Shown: positions 29,412 through 38,427 of the stretch, piece after piece
How positions within the stretch are numbered: position 1 is the stretch's first letter
How the letters are laid out: the number at the start of each line of letters is the position of its first letter
From: a virus
Direction: 5' to 3' (one strand)
Length of the DNA: 64,000 nucleotides
IMG/VR virus record: IMGVR_UViG_3300031576_000037
Span: 2,959-66,958 of that record
Notes under the pieces: model-generated
The model's database searches: none
Told to the model about the DNA's origin: nothing
The model's input: the letters and a program-made list of their open reading frames with translations, nothing else
Program-made: the position numbers and the translations under genes

Positions 29412-30061
29412 AGCCCCAGTTTCCTCAGCTTCGCATTTCCCTGCGCTTGCGCATAGTCGGCTTTCTCATTAGCCGTGAGCGTGCGTCCGTACTGCGGATA
29501 GTTCCAGGCCCAGCCGCTGGCCGCCTGCTGCAACCCCACATCCAGCCGCTTGCCTGATGCGTCATCCAGAAAAACCCGCACGGTGTGACGCCGCCAGATT
29601 GAATCATAGCCGCGCAACTCAATCGTCACGTGCTTGCCCAGCACCAGCGTCCGCAGCGCATCGCGGGATTCGATAGCGTAGGGCTGATGGCCGCGAATTT
29701 CCGGGGCGTCTATCCCGACGATTCTCAGATTGCGGCGTCCAAAAGTGCGGCCAACCTTGATCTGGCATCCTATATTGTCGCCATCATAAACACTGTTCAC
29801 CGTGCAGGTGACGGTCTTGAATTTGGCTTGCGCCCAGCCGGTCCCGGCGCAGAACAGCCATAGACAGAAAGTCAGCAGCGCGATCTGCCCGGGCTTCACC
29901 CAATCGGCGAGCCTGGAATCACCGCCTGCCTCATCAACCACTTCCGGCATATACGCCTCTTCCGGTATATCGAATGCGGCGATCATGGCTGCCCGGTCGC
30001 CCTGCTTCAGCCCGCATTCAGGCAGGTCTTCAAGCAGCGTCACTGTATCGGGTTCTTGCAT
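29357..30061 (-). CDS. Thermonuclease (SNase-like) with N-terminal DUF4926-like segment and internal signal-like peptide
   Basis: VYDGDN..LRIVGIDAPE..GWAWNY..AKLRKLGLW..P.EWRK; N-terminal DTVTLLEDLPECGLKQGD. Confidence 0.8.
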   Translation of the reverse strand: MQEPDTVTLLEDLPECGLKQGDRAAMIAAFDIPEEAYMPEVVDEAGGDSRLADWVKPGQIALLTFCLWLFCAGTGWAQAKFKTVTCTVNSVYDGDNIGCQIKVGRTFGRRNLRIVGIDAPEIRGHQPYAIESRDALRTLVLGKHVTIELRGYDSIWRRHTVRVFLDDASGKRLDVGLQQAASGWAWNYPQYGRTLTANEKADYAQAQGNAKLRKLGLWVSEKPISPSEWRKGKR

Positions 30062-30068
30062 AATTCCC

Positions 30069-30500
30069 TCATCGAGTTAGTTGCTGCAATGTCACCGTCA
30101 CGGTTCCGCCGGTGACGTTCGTCGTTACCCGCGCCCGCGCGAAGCGGAACGGGCCGGGGAACGTGCCGGACTGCATGCTGTTCGCCCCCGGCGCGGCGGT
30201 GAAGTTCAGCCGGTCAATCTCCGCCCACGTGCCAGCATAAGCGGACGTGTCAGCGACCTCGATCACTACTTCGCCCGCCGTGACGCCGGTTGACCAGATG
30301 ACTGAATAACCCAACTGCGCGGCCTGATTGACCGCCTGCATCGAGCCGGTTCCGGTGGTCGCAGCATTCAGGGATGTGAAGACGCCCCCGCCCTGCTGTG
30401 ATTGAACGGACGGCGCAAGATGGTCGAGCGAGTGAATCGCCAGCGCGAGCAGGAGCGCGCAGCCGGCGGCTTGCCAGAAACGTAATTTATTGGTGTTCAT
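30069..30500 (-). CDS. Putative virion protein with signal peptide
   Basis: Hydrophobic N-terminus followed by a beta-sandwich-like body (FRFARARVTT..GGTVTV). Confidence 0.6.
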   Translation of the reverse strand: MNTNKLRFWQAAGCALLLALAIHSLDHLAPSVQSQQGGGVFTSLNAATTGTGSMQAVNQAAQLGYSVIWSTGVTAGEVVIEVADTSAYAGTWAEIDRLNFTAAPGANSMQSGTFPGPFRFARARVTTNVTGGTVTVTLQQLTR

Positions 30501-31290
30501 GATTGTCACCCTCAAGATTAACGAATCGTTGGCGCCAGTTCGCGCGGCGCTCTTCGAGGTTTAGCAGGTCGCCCAGCCCATAGACCCAATCGTTGATCTT
30601 CGGGCACATCACCCGTCGGCCAGCGCCGGGCTGCAAGCACTTCGTGCAGAGCGGCCAGTAGTCGGCGTTGGCGCCCATATCCCGACCGAAATACCGGGCG
30701 ACGTTTTGCGGGACACCGAGCAGGCTGCTGGCTTCCCACACGTCATCTTCCGTCCAATCTTTCAGCGGATAGACGAAGCGAACGCCGTGGCGCTCGACGG
30801 CGAAATCAGCCAGCGGGATTGGCCCGTGAAGCGGGTCAACATCGTCGCTCCGATGGCCGATGAACAGGCAATCGAAATAGCGGCTGGCTGTCTGGCGCGG
30901 CGCAGTCAGCTTTTCAATTGCGCAGAGAGCGTTGACGTCCGGTTCGTACCCCGGCTCGGCTTCCAGCGGAAAATAGATCACGACGTTGGGAGCCAACTGA
31001 TATACCTCAATTAACTCAACCTGGTCGCCTTTCGCCACCACGTCACGGAAGCCTGGTTGCACGTCCACCAGGTTGAATTTCCAGTCCGCAATGAGCGCAT
31101 CGGCAAAGGCGTGCTTGGTCGGATGGTCGAATCCGCGAAAGTAGGCGACGGGAACGTCTGGTTGAACGCCCAGTGTCAAACGTAACAACACCTGAGAATC
31201 CCGGCCTCCGCTCCACAGGACGAGCGGCGCACGAGCAGACCGCAGCGCTGCAGTAATCAATTGTTGCGCGTCATTAAGTCTCTGCGTCAT
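30487..31290 (-). CDS. PAPS-reductase-family (PP-loop) protein
   Basis: VLWSGGRDS, IGHRSDD, YPLKDWTEDDVW, C-terminal CTKC..CPK. Confidence 0.8.
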   Translation of the reverse strand: MTQRLNDAQQLITAALRSARAPLVLWSGGRDSQVLLRLTLGVQPDVPVAYFRGFDHPTKHAFADALIADWKFNLVDVQPGFRDVVAKGDQVELIEVYQLAPNVVIYFPLEAEPGYEPDVNALCAIEKLTAPRQTASRYFDCLFIGHRSDDVDPLHGPIPLADFAVERHGVRFVYPLKDWTEDDVWEASSLLGVPQNVARYFGRDMGANADYWPLCTKCLQPGAGRRVMCPKINDWVYGLGDLLNLEERRANWRQRFVNLEGDNHEHQ

Positions 31291-31721
31291 GCCGCAATCC
31301 CAACCGACGTGGCGGCGCTAATCAGCGAGCCCCCCCAGCCGGGTTTTTGCTGAATTTGCGTGTTGTAGCCAGATTGTTTACGTTTGGCTGTCAGGTCGGC
31401 CAGCGACTGCAATTGCGCCATCCGCAACCTCTGCGCCTCGGTATTGCCCTGCGCCAGCGCCAGCGCCTTCGATGCCATCAGGTCTTCGCGCCCCAGGCCC
31501 ATCAGCCGATTGCGTGCGACCTGGGATGGAATCCCAGAGTAATTGGCGTACTGATCGGCCAGGTCGCGCTCGGCGCTGGCGTACTGCGCCTGCACCGCAG
31601 GTTCGAGCAGTTGCGTGCCGGGACGATAGGCGCGGAACGCCTCGATGTCCGGCGTTTCGAGCACCTCCGATAGATTCTCAAACGGCGATTTGATCGCTTC
31701 AGTGGACGGCTTAAAGCCCAT
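31287..31721 (-). CDS. Putative small ejection/pilot protein
   Basis: Helical and Gln-rich with a C-terminal Gly/Ala tail; follows the GNAT gene. Confidence 0.5.
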   Translation of the reverse strand: MGFKPSTEAIKSPFENLSEVLETPDIEAFRAYRPGTQLLEPAVQAQYASAERDLADQYANYSGIPSQVARNRLMGLGREDLMASKALALAQGNTEAQRLRMAQLQSLADLTAKRKQSGYNTQIQQKPGWGGSLISAATSVGIAA

Positions 31722-32160
31722 ACAGGTAGTCAGCTAAATTGTGTTCAAAACGATTGGGAGCGACTTCCCGCCAACTCATCAATCGAGCCAATTTGCGCAC
31801 CGGCGCGCGCCGGTGGTCGTCGGGAAACGTCGCCGTTAACTGCCAGAAGCCTAAATCCTCAAAATAGCTCCGTTGCAGTTCCGCCAGCATCCTGATGATC
31901 GGGCGGACGCGGGGATGCCGCGGCGTGATCAGGATGAACTCGCAGGAGCCTTTCGCTTTCAGCGTCAGGCCGGGAAACGCCAGCAACCGACCGTCGTCCT
32001 CAATGGCGAAGGCTATCGAATCGTCCTGGGCGCAGAACTCGGCCAGGGAGCCGAGTTTTAATATCTCGCCGTATAGCTCCGGCTGCCCCACCATCCATTG
32101 CCACGCCTGGGCGAATACGGCTTCATCTGCCGGAAGGAATAAGCGTCGCAATCGGATCAC
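31711..32160 (-). CDS. GNAT-fold-like phage protein
   Basis: FEDLGFWQLTATFP..VRKLARLMSW; position after the nozzle gene as in T7/P22-like layouts. Confidence 0.5.
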   Translation of the reverse strand: MIRLRRLFLPADEAVFAQAWQWMVGQPELYGEILKLGSLAEFCAQDDSIAFAIEDDGRLLAFPGLTLKAKGSCEFILITPRHPRVRPIIRMLAELQRSYFEDLGFWQLTATFPDDHRRAPVRKLARLMSWREVAPNRFEHNLADYLYGL

Positions 32161-34190
32161 TGGACGAAGCCATCCCGCAACGCCACGTCCAAATCCAATC
32201 CCTCGAACAATCGGAAGTTGGCCGGCGCAGAGAAGTCCACCCGGAAAGCAATCGAATGGAAATGCCGGTTCAGCTTCCAGACGGGAAAGTGTTTTGCTAC
32301 CAAGCTCAGATTGGAGAGCGTGCGACTTGATGGCGACGGATACGGGACGAGCGGCGCGACCAGTCCCGGAATCAGGTGGTAATAATCCAGGTCGTAATAG
32401 AGATTGATCGTCCCGGCGTAGAGTCCGCTCAGCTTGACCCGCCGGATGAGCTTGGTGAATTCCGCCCCGCCGAAATCATCAAAGCCGACGGCTACATAAC
32501 CGCTCAGACTCGTGCCGCCCCGGTCCCACTCATAAGCCTTGCCGTCGGTGGTGACGAAATACAGCCGTTCATTGACCGTGGCGACTCCGCAAACCGTGAA
32601 GTCGGCGGTTGCGCCGTCGCCGAGCAGCACCGGAGTATTCCAGTTCCCCGTCCTGACGTTGAACGACCAGGCTTTCGTTTGCCACTTGCCGCCAGCGGCC
32701 AGGACTGCATTGGCCTGGAAGATCACCACCCAACTGTTTTTCGGATCGAAGGCGACGAAGGCGCGGGCGTTGTCAATATTGGCCAGGTCGGGCCAGACCG
32801 GAAGCGAGAAATCGCTTTCGATATTGCGTCCATCCGTCGTGCGAATGAAGTTGTCGCCGGCCAGCCCGTAGAAATAATCGTACGCAACGCAGCCTGAATA
32901 CTGATGCAGGAAGCCGGCCAGCCCGAACGGGATGGTAATCAGCGGCGAGACAGCCGAATCGGTGAAGCGCCCGACGTTCAGGTAATTGGCCGAGGTGAAA
33001 TAACAGACTGCATCAGTTGTGCGGACGCCGACCTTGCCGATATGCACGCCGTTGATCTCCTCGGCGGGCGTGATGAAGGTGTAGGCGACCGGCGAGAAGG
33101 CTTCCGGGTTGTTGTGCTTGCTGACCGCAATCCCCGGCCCCGGAGCCTGCGGATTGCCGGAGCCATCCGGCGCATCGCCCCAACTGCAAAACAGCAGGAA
33201 GTCGCCGGCGGATTTGACGTAGAGCGCGGGCGGCGGCGGAAAGTTGTCGTCCACGTACCGCTCGCCCAATTCCCCGTCGTACCATTCCACCGTATGCGGG
33301 CCGACGGTCGGGTATTCGCCGAGCAGGAACCAGGCGGTTCCGGCCAGCGAGTCGCTGTTCAGGCTGACCCACAAGTAGGCGGAGGTCTGACCTTCCGAGG
33401 CGTCGAAAGCCGCAAACGTGACCTGGAACCGCTGCCCCGCCGCCAGCGTGACCTTAACCGGCGTCGAGGCCAAGCCGTGGCCGGGGAAGCCGGTGCGCTT
33501 CTTCGAAGCGCGGAAAGTGTAATCGTGCGCCTGCATCCCCTTCGTTCCGCCCGCCACCGCCACCACCGTTGGCGCGGTTGGCCGGGTGAAGCCGACCGGA
33601 CGCACATCGTAAGTCCCGCCCGGTATCGGATAGGCGACCTGCGGCGACGAGGTTGCGGTCAGGGATGCGCTCAGTGGCGAAGCGTTGATCCTTAAGACGC
33701 CGCGCCCGACCGCGAAGATCGCCTCTTCGCGGTAACGAACCGCATTGCCGGCCTGGAGCGACAGCCGTTCCGGCTGTGTCCGGGTGACGGGATGCAGGTT
33801 TGGGACGAGCTTGACCGCCAATCCCGCTGCGCTGGACGAGGGGCGGGGCAAGACGACGATGCTGGTATTGCTGACGATCTTGACGACCAGGAACAACTCA
33901 CGGTCAATCAGGATATGCTGGTACGGAACCATGTCCGTCAGCGCGGTCGCGCCGCCCGAAAACGTCACGGTGTCGGTCGTGGTCGCGGTCGTAGCTGTAT
34001 ATCCGAGCGTGGTTGGCGTGTTCGTCTCCGACAGGTCTGACCAGCCGCCGAAGACCCGCGAGTAGCCCGCTGCCTCGAAAATCGCGTTCTGCCCGGCGAT
34101 GCAGGTTCCAGGCAGCGCCACCGTCAACGGCTGATTCGGGTAGTAACGGTCAATTACCCAGCGTTTCGGCGATAGTGATCTCAGTGACAT
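32157..34190 (-). CDS. Putative tail nozzle / DNA stabilization protein
   Basis: 677 aa, beta-rich, SKHNNPEAF propeller-like motif; follows the adaptor genes. Confidence 0.6.
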   Translation of the reverse strand: MSLRSLSPKRWVIDRYYPNQPLTVALPGTCIAGQNAIFEAAGYSRVFGGWSDLSETNTPTTLGYTATTATTTDTVTFSGGATALTDMVPYQHILIDRELFLVVKIVSNTSIVVLPRPSSSAAGLAVKLVPNLHPVTRTQPERLSLQAGNAVRYREEAIFAVGRGVLRINASPLSASLTATSSPQVAYPIPGGTYDVRPVGFTRPTAPTVVAVAGGTKGMQAHDYTFRASKKRTGFPGHGLASTPVKVTLAAGQRFQVTFAAFDASEGQTSAYLWVSLNSDSLAGTAWFLLGEYPTVGPHTVEWYDGELGERYVDDNFPPPPALYVKSAGDFLLFCSWGDAPDGSGNPQAPGPGIAVSKHNNPEAFSPVAYTFITPAEEINGVHIGKVGVRTTDAVCYFTSANYLNVGRFTDSAVSPLITIPFGLAGFLHQYSGCVAYDYFYGLAGDNFIRTTDGRNIESDFSLPVWPDLANIDNARAFVAFDPKNSWVVIFQANAVLAAGGKWQTKAWSFNVRTGNWNTPVLLGDGATADFTVCGVATVNERLYFVTTDGKAYEWDRGGTSLSGYVAVGFDDFGGAEFTKLIRRVKLSGLYAGTINLYYDLDYYHLIPGLVAPLVPYPSPSSRTLSNLSLVAKHFPVWKLNRHFHSIAFRVDFSAPANFRLFEGLDLDVALRDGFVQ

Positions 34191-34750
34191 CAGGCGGCAG
34201 CGATCTGGTGCGCGGGTAGCAAGCCAGCCAGGACGCTCACGGCGTCAGCTTCCAATTCAACCGGCAGGTCGGTCAGGGTATTGAGCGGAATGAACGGCGC
34301 AATGATTGTGACCGGTCCCGGCGTCCCGACCTTCCCGGCGGCGACGTTCTCAATCCCGCGCTGGCGGGTCACGAGGTTGTTGTCCCTGACGGCAAAGTAG
34401 CCGAAATCGGGATTGAGCCGGCGGTCGAGGTCTTGCCAGGCTCGCTTGAAGACGTAGGGGCTCACCTGGTCAACGTCGTCGGCGTCATAAAATGTCGCCC
34501 AACATAGACCGTCGGTCAGGACGTTCGCCAGGGCGCCCAGGGCAATCACCCCATTCGTGACCGGGACGGCGCTGTAGGTTTTGGTGAGCCGGGGGCGCAG
34601 CATCGCGTTGGCAGCGTTTTGGCGCGCCAGCCGTTGCAGCGCGTTCGGGACGAGCAAATGCGCATTGTCCTCGTAAATGCGGGATTCGGTCGGCGACAGA
34701 CCGCCGCGCGCCATGCGAGCCGCGCGTAATACATATTGATCACGGGTCAT
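34190..34750 (-). CDS. Putative head-tail adaptor-like protein
   Basis: Gene order; C-terminal DLPVELEADAV. Confidence 0.5.
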   Translation of the reverse strand: MTRDQYVLRAARMARGGLSPTESRIYEDNAHLLVPNALQRLARQNAANAMLRPRLTKTYSAVPVTNGVIALGALANVLTDGLCWATFYDADDVDQVSPYVFKRAWQDLDRRLNPDFGYFAVRDNNLVTRQRGIENVAAGKVGTPGPVTIIAPFIPLNTLTDLPVELEADAVSVLAGLLPAHQIAAA

Positions 34751-34753
34751 TTT

Positions 34754-35470
34754 TTAGGCCGCCGGCCGAGCCGGAAAATCGGAGGCGGTGGCGTTCAGGC
34801 CGCGCTCGCGCAGCGCCGTGTAATAAGCTTGCAGGAAAGCCGCGCCTTCCGAGATGAAGCTGCCAGCCTTCATACACAGCCGCCCGGCTGCGCCGTCAGC
34901 CGCCACCACGCCGAATTCATCGGGCAACGGCGACAGGTCGGTCGCCGCATCGAAGAGGCTGTCCAACTCGCTATAGGTCGTGTAGGGGCGGTCATATTTG
35001 AAATACTCGACCGTCGCATTGCCGCTCAACGTGTGGTAGAGAATAGTCCCGTCCGTGGCGTAGAAATAGAAATTCAGGCCGTCGAGCAGGCCTCCGGATT
35101 GCTGCCCGCGAACGTCGAAAATATCGGAAGCCGAGCGTTCGACCAGCGAGCGCCCCGTCACCGCGTCATAGACCGCGCCATAAGGCCCCATGGCCGACGG
35201 CAGTTGCCCGCCGTGCGCGACGGTAGTCGTCAGGCGGTACTGCTGGCGGCGCGGATCGCCCTCGGTCTTGCAGATGAAGCCGACGATCTCGATGCAGGTG
35301 TCAACGATGGCCGTGCGGACAGCCGAGCGGTTGAACGCGCCGTCGTCCATCTCGTTGTTCGTCTTCGGAATGACGCGGTAATTCGTCTCGCCGGTCGGCT
35401 CGTCGTCGGCCTTGAGCGCGGCGAGCCGGGAAGCGACCTCGCTTTCAATAAACACAAAAGGAGTACTCAT
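34754..35470 (-). CDS. Putative head-tail adaptor-like protein
   Basis: Gene order; C-terminal SPLPDEFGVVAADGAA. Confidence 0.5.
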   Translation of the reverse strand: MSTPFVFIESEVASRLAALKADDEPTGETNYRVIPKTNNEMDDGAFNRSAVRTAIVDTCIEIVGFICKTEGDPRRQQYRLTTTVAHGGQLPSAMGPYGAVYDAVTGRSLVERSASDIFDVRGQQSGGLLDGLNFYFYATDGTILYHTLSGNATVEYFKYDRPYTTYSELDSLFDAATDLSPLPDEFGVVAADGAAGRLCMKAGSFISEGAAFLQAYYTALRERGLNATASDFPARPAA

Positions 35471-35476
35471 TGCCCG

Positions 35477-36256
35477 CTACCAATCAAGTCCATCCCCGAC
35501 CCAATCGCCATAGCCATTCGGCTCGCCCGTGCCAGCCTGGAAAGCCGTCGTAATGTAATCCTCGAACGCCCGCCGGAATTCCGCTTCCTGCTTGAGCAGT
35601 CCGTCTTCGATCTGTGCCTGATATGCCTGCATCGCTTTCATCGCGTCCAGCGGATTGACACCCGCCGCCTCCGTCCCCAGCAGCCGCGACCACCAGCAGT
35701 ACCGCAGGCAGGCGATGGCCGCGCTGATCCTGAGGTAACGATGGAACGGCGAATTGACCGGCAGGGTGTCGCCCAGGCGCGGCTCCGGGATTTCGCCGGT
35801 CTCGAACCAGATGCGGTAACGCGCATTGCCGTTCGGGATCGGAACCAGTTCCAGCTTCGGCTGGTTGTATTCCCAATAAGGAATGGCCGCGACTGCGGTA
35901 TGGGCGGCTCCGCCTGCCCGCGCCCGCGTCTCGCCGCGCCATAACTGATCCACGTCCTGCCGGTTGGTCATGTCCAGCTTGCGGGTCGCATGAAATGAGT
36001 TGTTCGGGTCAATCGTGTGCACGCGGACAGGCTTGCCGTACTCTGGCCCGCCCAGGCTGTAAGACGGCTGGCCGGGCTGGGTCGTGATGTCATAAGACCG
36101 CAGCGACCAGCCCGCGCCGGTATTCTGCTGCTCGCTGTGGCGCAGTTGGGCCACATCCCCGGCCTTCTGCAAGATTAAATCCATCCCTGGCGCGTGCGCG
36201 TCGGGCTGGTCGAGGTCGAGTCTGACCTCGGCGATGAGGCGGTCGTAGTCGAGCAT
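35477..36256 (-). CDS. Putative head-tail adaptor protein
   Basis: LIAEVRLDLDQ..ITTQPGQPSYSL..LELVPIP..PFHRYL. Confidence 0.6.
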   Translation of the reverse strand: MLDYDRLIAEVRLDLDQPDAHAPGMDLILQKAGDVAQLRHSEQQNTGAGWSLRSYDITTQPGQPSYSLGGPEYGKPVRVHTIDPNNSFHATRKLDMTNRQDVDQLWRGETRARAGGAAHTAVAAIPYWEYNQPKLELVPIPNGNARYRIWFETGEIPEPRLGDTLPVNSPFHRYLRISAAIACLRYCWWSRLLGTEAAGVNPLDAMKAMQAYQAQIEDGLLKQEAEFRRAFEDYITTAFQAGTGEPNGYGDWVGDGLDW

Positions 36257-36264
36257 TGTCGGGC

Positions 36265-37233
36265 TTACCGGGCTACTGGCGCCTGGTAGTCAGGCGAGAG
36301 TTTTAATTTACGCTTGGGAGCGGCAGTGGCGGTCTCTCCGTTTTTATCACCCTCGCCGTCAGCCGCACCATTGCCGTTACCCCCGATGCGATCCAGCGCC
36401 CCGACCATCGAGCGGAATAACTCCATCATCTGGGCTTCGCGCTGCGCAGCCTGCTGCTCGCGTTCTTCCATCTTTCTGAGGATTTCCTCGGTGGCGCGGG
36501 ATTGGCTGACGATGGCGGCGGTCTGGTTGTTGACCACTTCCTGCATCTGCTCTTCGAGCGGCTTGAGACCGGCGAATTCGAGCATCCGGCGGTCTCGCAC
36601 CGAGTACCGCTTCGGCACATCCGACGTGATGTCCTTGATTTGCGCGTGCCGCTGGGTCATCTGTTGCTGGCAATACTGGTCGCATCGCTCGATGGCGGCC
36701 AAAACCTGCCGGGCGATCTCCGCCACCATCCGGCCCCCAGGCGACGAATCAGCCGCCAGCAGGACCTCGCCCAGCCGCGTCCGGTAGCCGCCAGCAGTCA
36801 GCGTGCGGTTGATGGTCTGCGGGATGCTGCCGAAAAGCTTCTCGTTGATCTGCGCCGCCTTGAACTGCGCGGCGGGCATCCCGGCCAGGGATGGAATCTC
36901 CATCAGCCCTTCCGCCCCGAACCGCTGGAAAAGGCCGGTGGCAATCGGGCCGGGCGCATCGAGATAGGTCGCTACGTCCAGCGGATCATCGCCGGTCTTG
37001 CGCAGGATGCGGCTGGTATCGCCGCCCAACACGTAAGTCAGGCAATTGCGCTCCGGGGCCTGGATCGAGGTGATCACGCCCGCCTCGACCGAGCCGCCCG
37101 GAATCTGCGGACACGACACGCTCATAAACGGCGTGAAAACATAGCGGGTCTTGTGCTCGTCTAGCCACTGGATGTGGCGCTCTTCGACCTGACGCAGATT
37201 ATCGGCGTCGGCCTGGGTTGCTGTTGCTGTCAT
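36265..37233 (-). CDS. Hypothetical phage protein (C-terminal coiled coil)
   Basis: ATG after AAGGA; within the late operon. Confidence 0.65.
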   Translation of the reverse strand: MTATATQADADNLRQVEERHIQWLDEHKTRYVFTPFMSVSCPQIPGGSVEAGVITSIQAPERNCLTYVLGGDTSRILRKTGDDPLDVATYLDAPGPIATGLFQRFGAEGLMEIPSLAGMPAAQFKAAQINEKLFGSIPQTINRTLTAGGYRTRLGEVLLAADSSPGGRMVAEIARQVLAAIERCDQYCQQQMTQRHAQIKDITSDVPKRYSVRDRRMLEFAGLKPLEEQMQEVVNNQTAAIVSQSRATEEILRKMEEREQQAAQREAQMMELFRSMVGALDRIGGNGNGAADGEGDKNGETATAAPKRKLKLSPDYQAPVAR

Positions 37234-37240
37234 AAAATCC

Positions 37241-38020
37241 TTAATTGTTGCAGATAGGCAGGGAGACGTGTCCCTTGACGCGCGGCCCATAATCCCACCA
37301 ATGCCGCAGGGTATTCAACTCGTGGCGGCGGATATACTCCCGCTCGGTTGCCGCGCGGTTCTGCTGCTTCATCCAACCCGCCAGCCATTGGTAATAGCCC
37401 AGCATTTTGTCCGCTTCCGTGCTCGGCGCGTCAGGCCGGGAGACTCCCGCCTGTTGGCGCTCGGCCAATCCCTGCCGCACGGTATCGAGGTCAAACTGAT
37501 CAGGCTCGCGGTAGCGTCCCCAACACTTACGTCCGAGGCGGACGGCTTCCAAGCAGCAAATTCGCCAACCTCCCTCGCCTATAACCTGCGAATGTTCGAG
37601 GATGGGAGTGGCGGTCACGTAAATCCCGCCCACCGTCCGGGCTTCCGCGTAAGTGTCGCCGTCGGGGTCAGCGCCAGCCTTTTCCTCTAGCGGATTAAGA
37701 TGGAGACGGGGGACGTACGCTTCAATGAAGTAGCGCGGCACGCCGATCCAATCGTAACGCGGCTCGATCAAGCCCGTGGACGGGCTGATCACGTCACGCC
37801 TGACCCGCCTGTGGGCGTAACGCGGGCGATAGAGCTTCTGGTATCTGTCCCAGGTTTCCGTCGTCCGCAGGTCCTGCCCCCAGACCAGTCGCAGGCGCGG
37901 AGTTCCGTCCGCCTCGAGGCCGACGATGGAGTCGAGCGATGCCTGGAACCGCGCGAACTCCACCGCCGCCATCGGCGAGGCGACATTCTCCGTCCAGTCG
38001 GTCGCGTCGAGGCCGGTCAC
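37241..38020 (-). CDS. Hypothetical phage protein
   Basis: Operon-filling ORF, RLRLVWGQD motif. Confidence 0.6.
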   Translation of the reverse strand: MTGLDATDWTENVASPMAAVEFARFQASLDSIVGLEADGTPRLRLVWGQDLRTTETWDRYQKLYRPRYAHRRVRRDVISPSTGLIEPRYDWIGVPRYFIEAYVPRLHLNPLEEKAGADPDGDTYAEARTVGGIYVTATPILEHSQVIGEGGWRICCLEAVRLGRKCWGRYREPDQFDLDTVRQGLAERQQAGVSRPDAPSTEADKMLGYYQWLAGWMKQQNRAATEREYIRRHELNTLRHWWDYGPRVKGHVSLPICNN

Positions 38021-38021
38021 T

Positions 38022-38354
38022 TTATTGGCCCTGCCGCGTCCAGAAGTTGCAGCGAACGGTGATGGCCGACAGGTCGGTCGCCGCCGTCACTTCGCCGAAT
38101 GCGCCGCCGGCATCCTGAAAGAACGCCATCAGCTTGTTGTTGGTCGTATCCCAGATGAGCGAATACCCGCCAGCCACGCCCGCCGGGGAGCCGATAGGCT
38201 CGACGCCCACAATCGAGCGCGCGCCGAACCTCTGCGCCGAGATAGCGTAGCCGCCGGTCGGGTAGGAGTTGTCGAGCAAGACATCGGCGGGATAGACGCG
38301 GTGTTTACCGAGCACGTCGCCGCCCTGCTTGAGCTTGGTCACTGTTGCAGCCAT
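38022..38354 (-). CDS. Putative capsid decoration/cement protein
   Basis: Immediately after the capsid gene; DNSYPTGGY..EVTAATDLS; GGAGG RBS. Confidence 0.6.
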   Translation of the reverse strand: MAATVTKLKQGGDVLGKHRVYPADVLLDNSYPTGGYAISAQRFGARSIVGVEPIGSPAGVAGGYSLIWDTTNNKLMAFFQDAGGAFGEVTAATDLSAITVRCNFWTRQGQ

Positions 38355-38375
38355 AAAAAGCCTCCAGGGAAAATG

Positions 38376-38403
38376 GCGGAGCAACGAAGCTTCGCTGCTC
38401 CGC
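38376..38403 (-). other. Strong stem-loop after the capsid gene
   Basis: GCGGAGCAGCGAAGCTTCGTTGCTCCGC on the minus strand, with a short U-run and an upstream GCGGAGCA duplicate. Confidence 0.6.
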
Positions 38404-38427
38404 TGCTCCGCTGTCAATCGTCACGGA

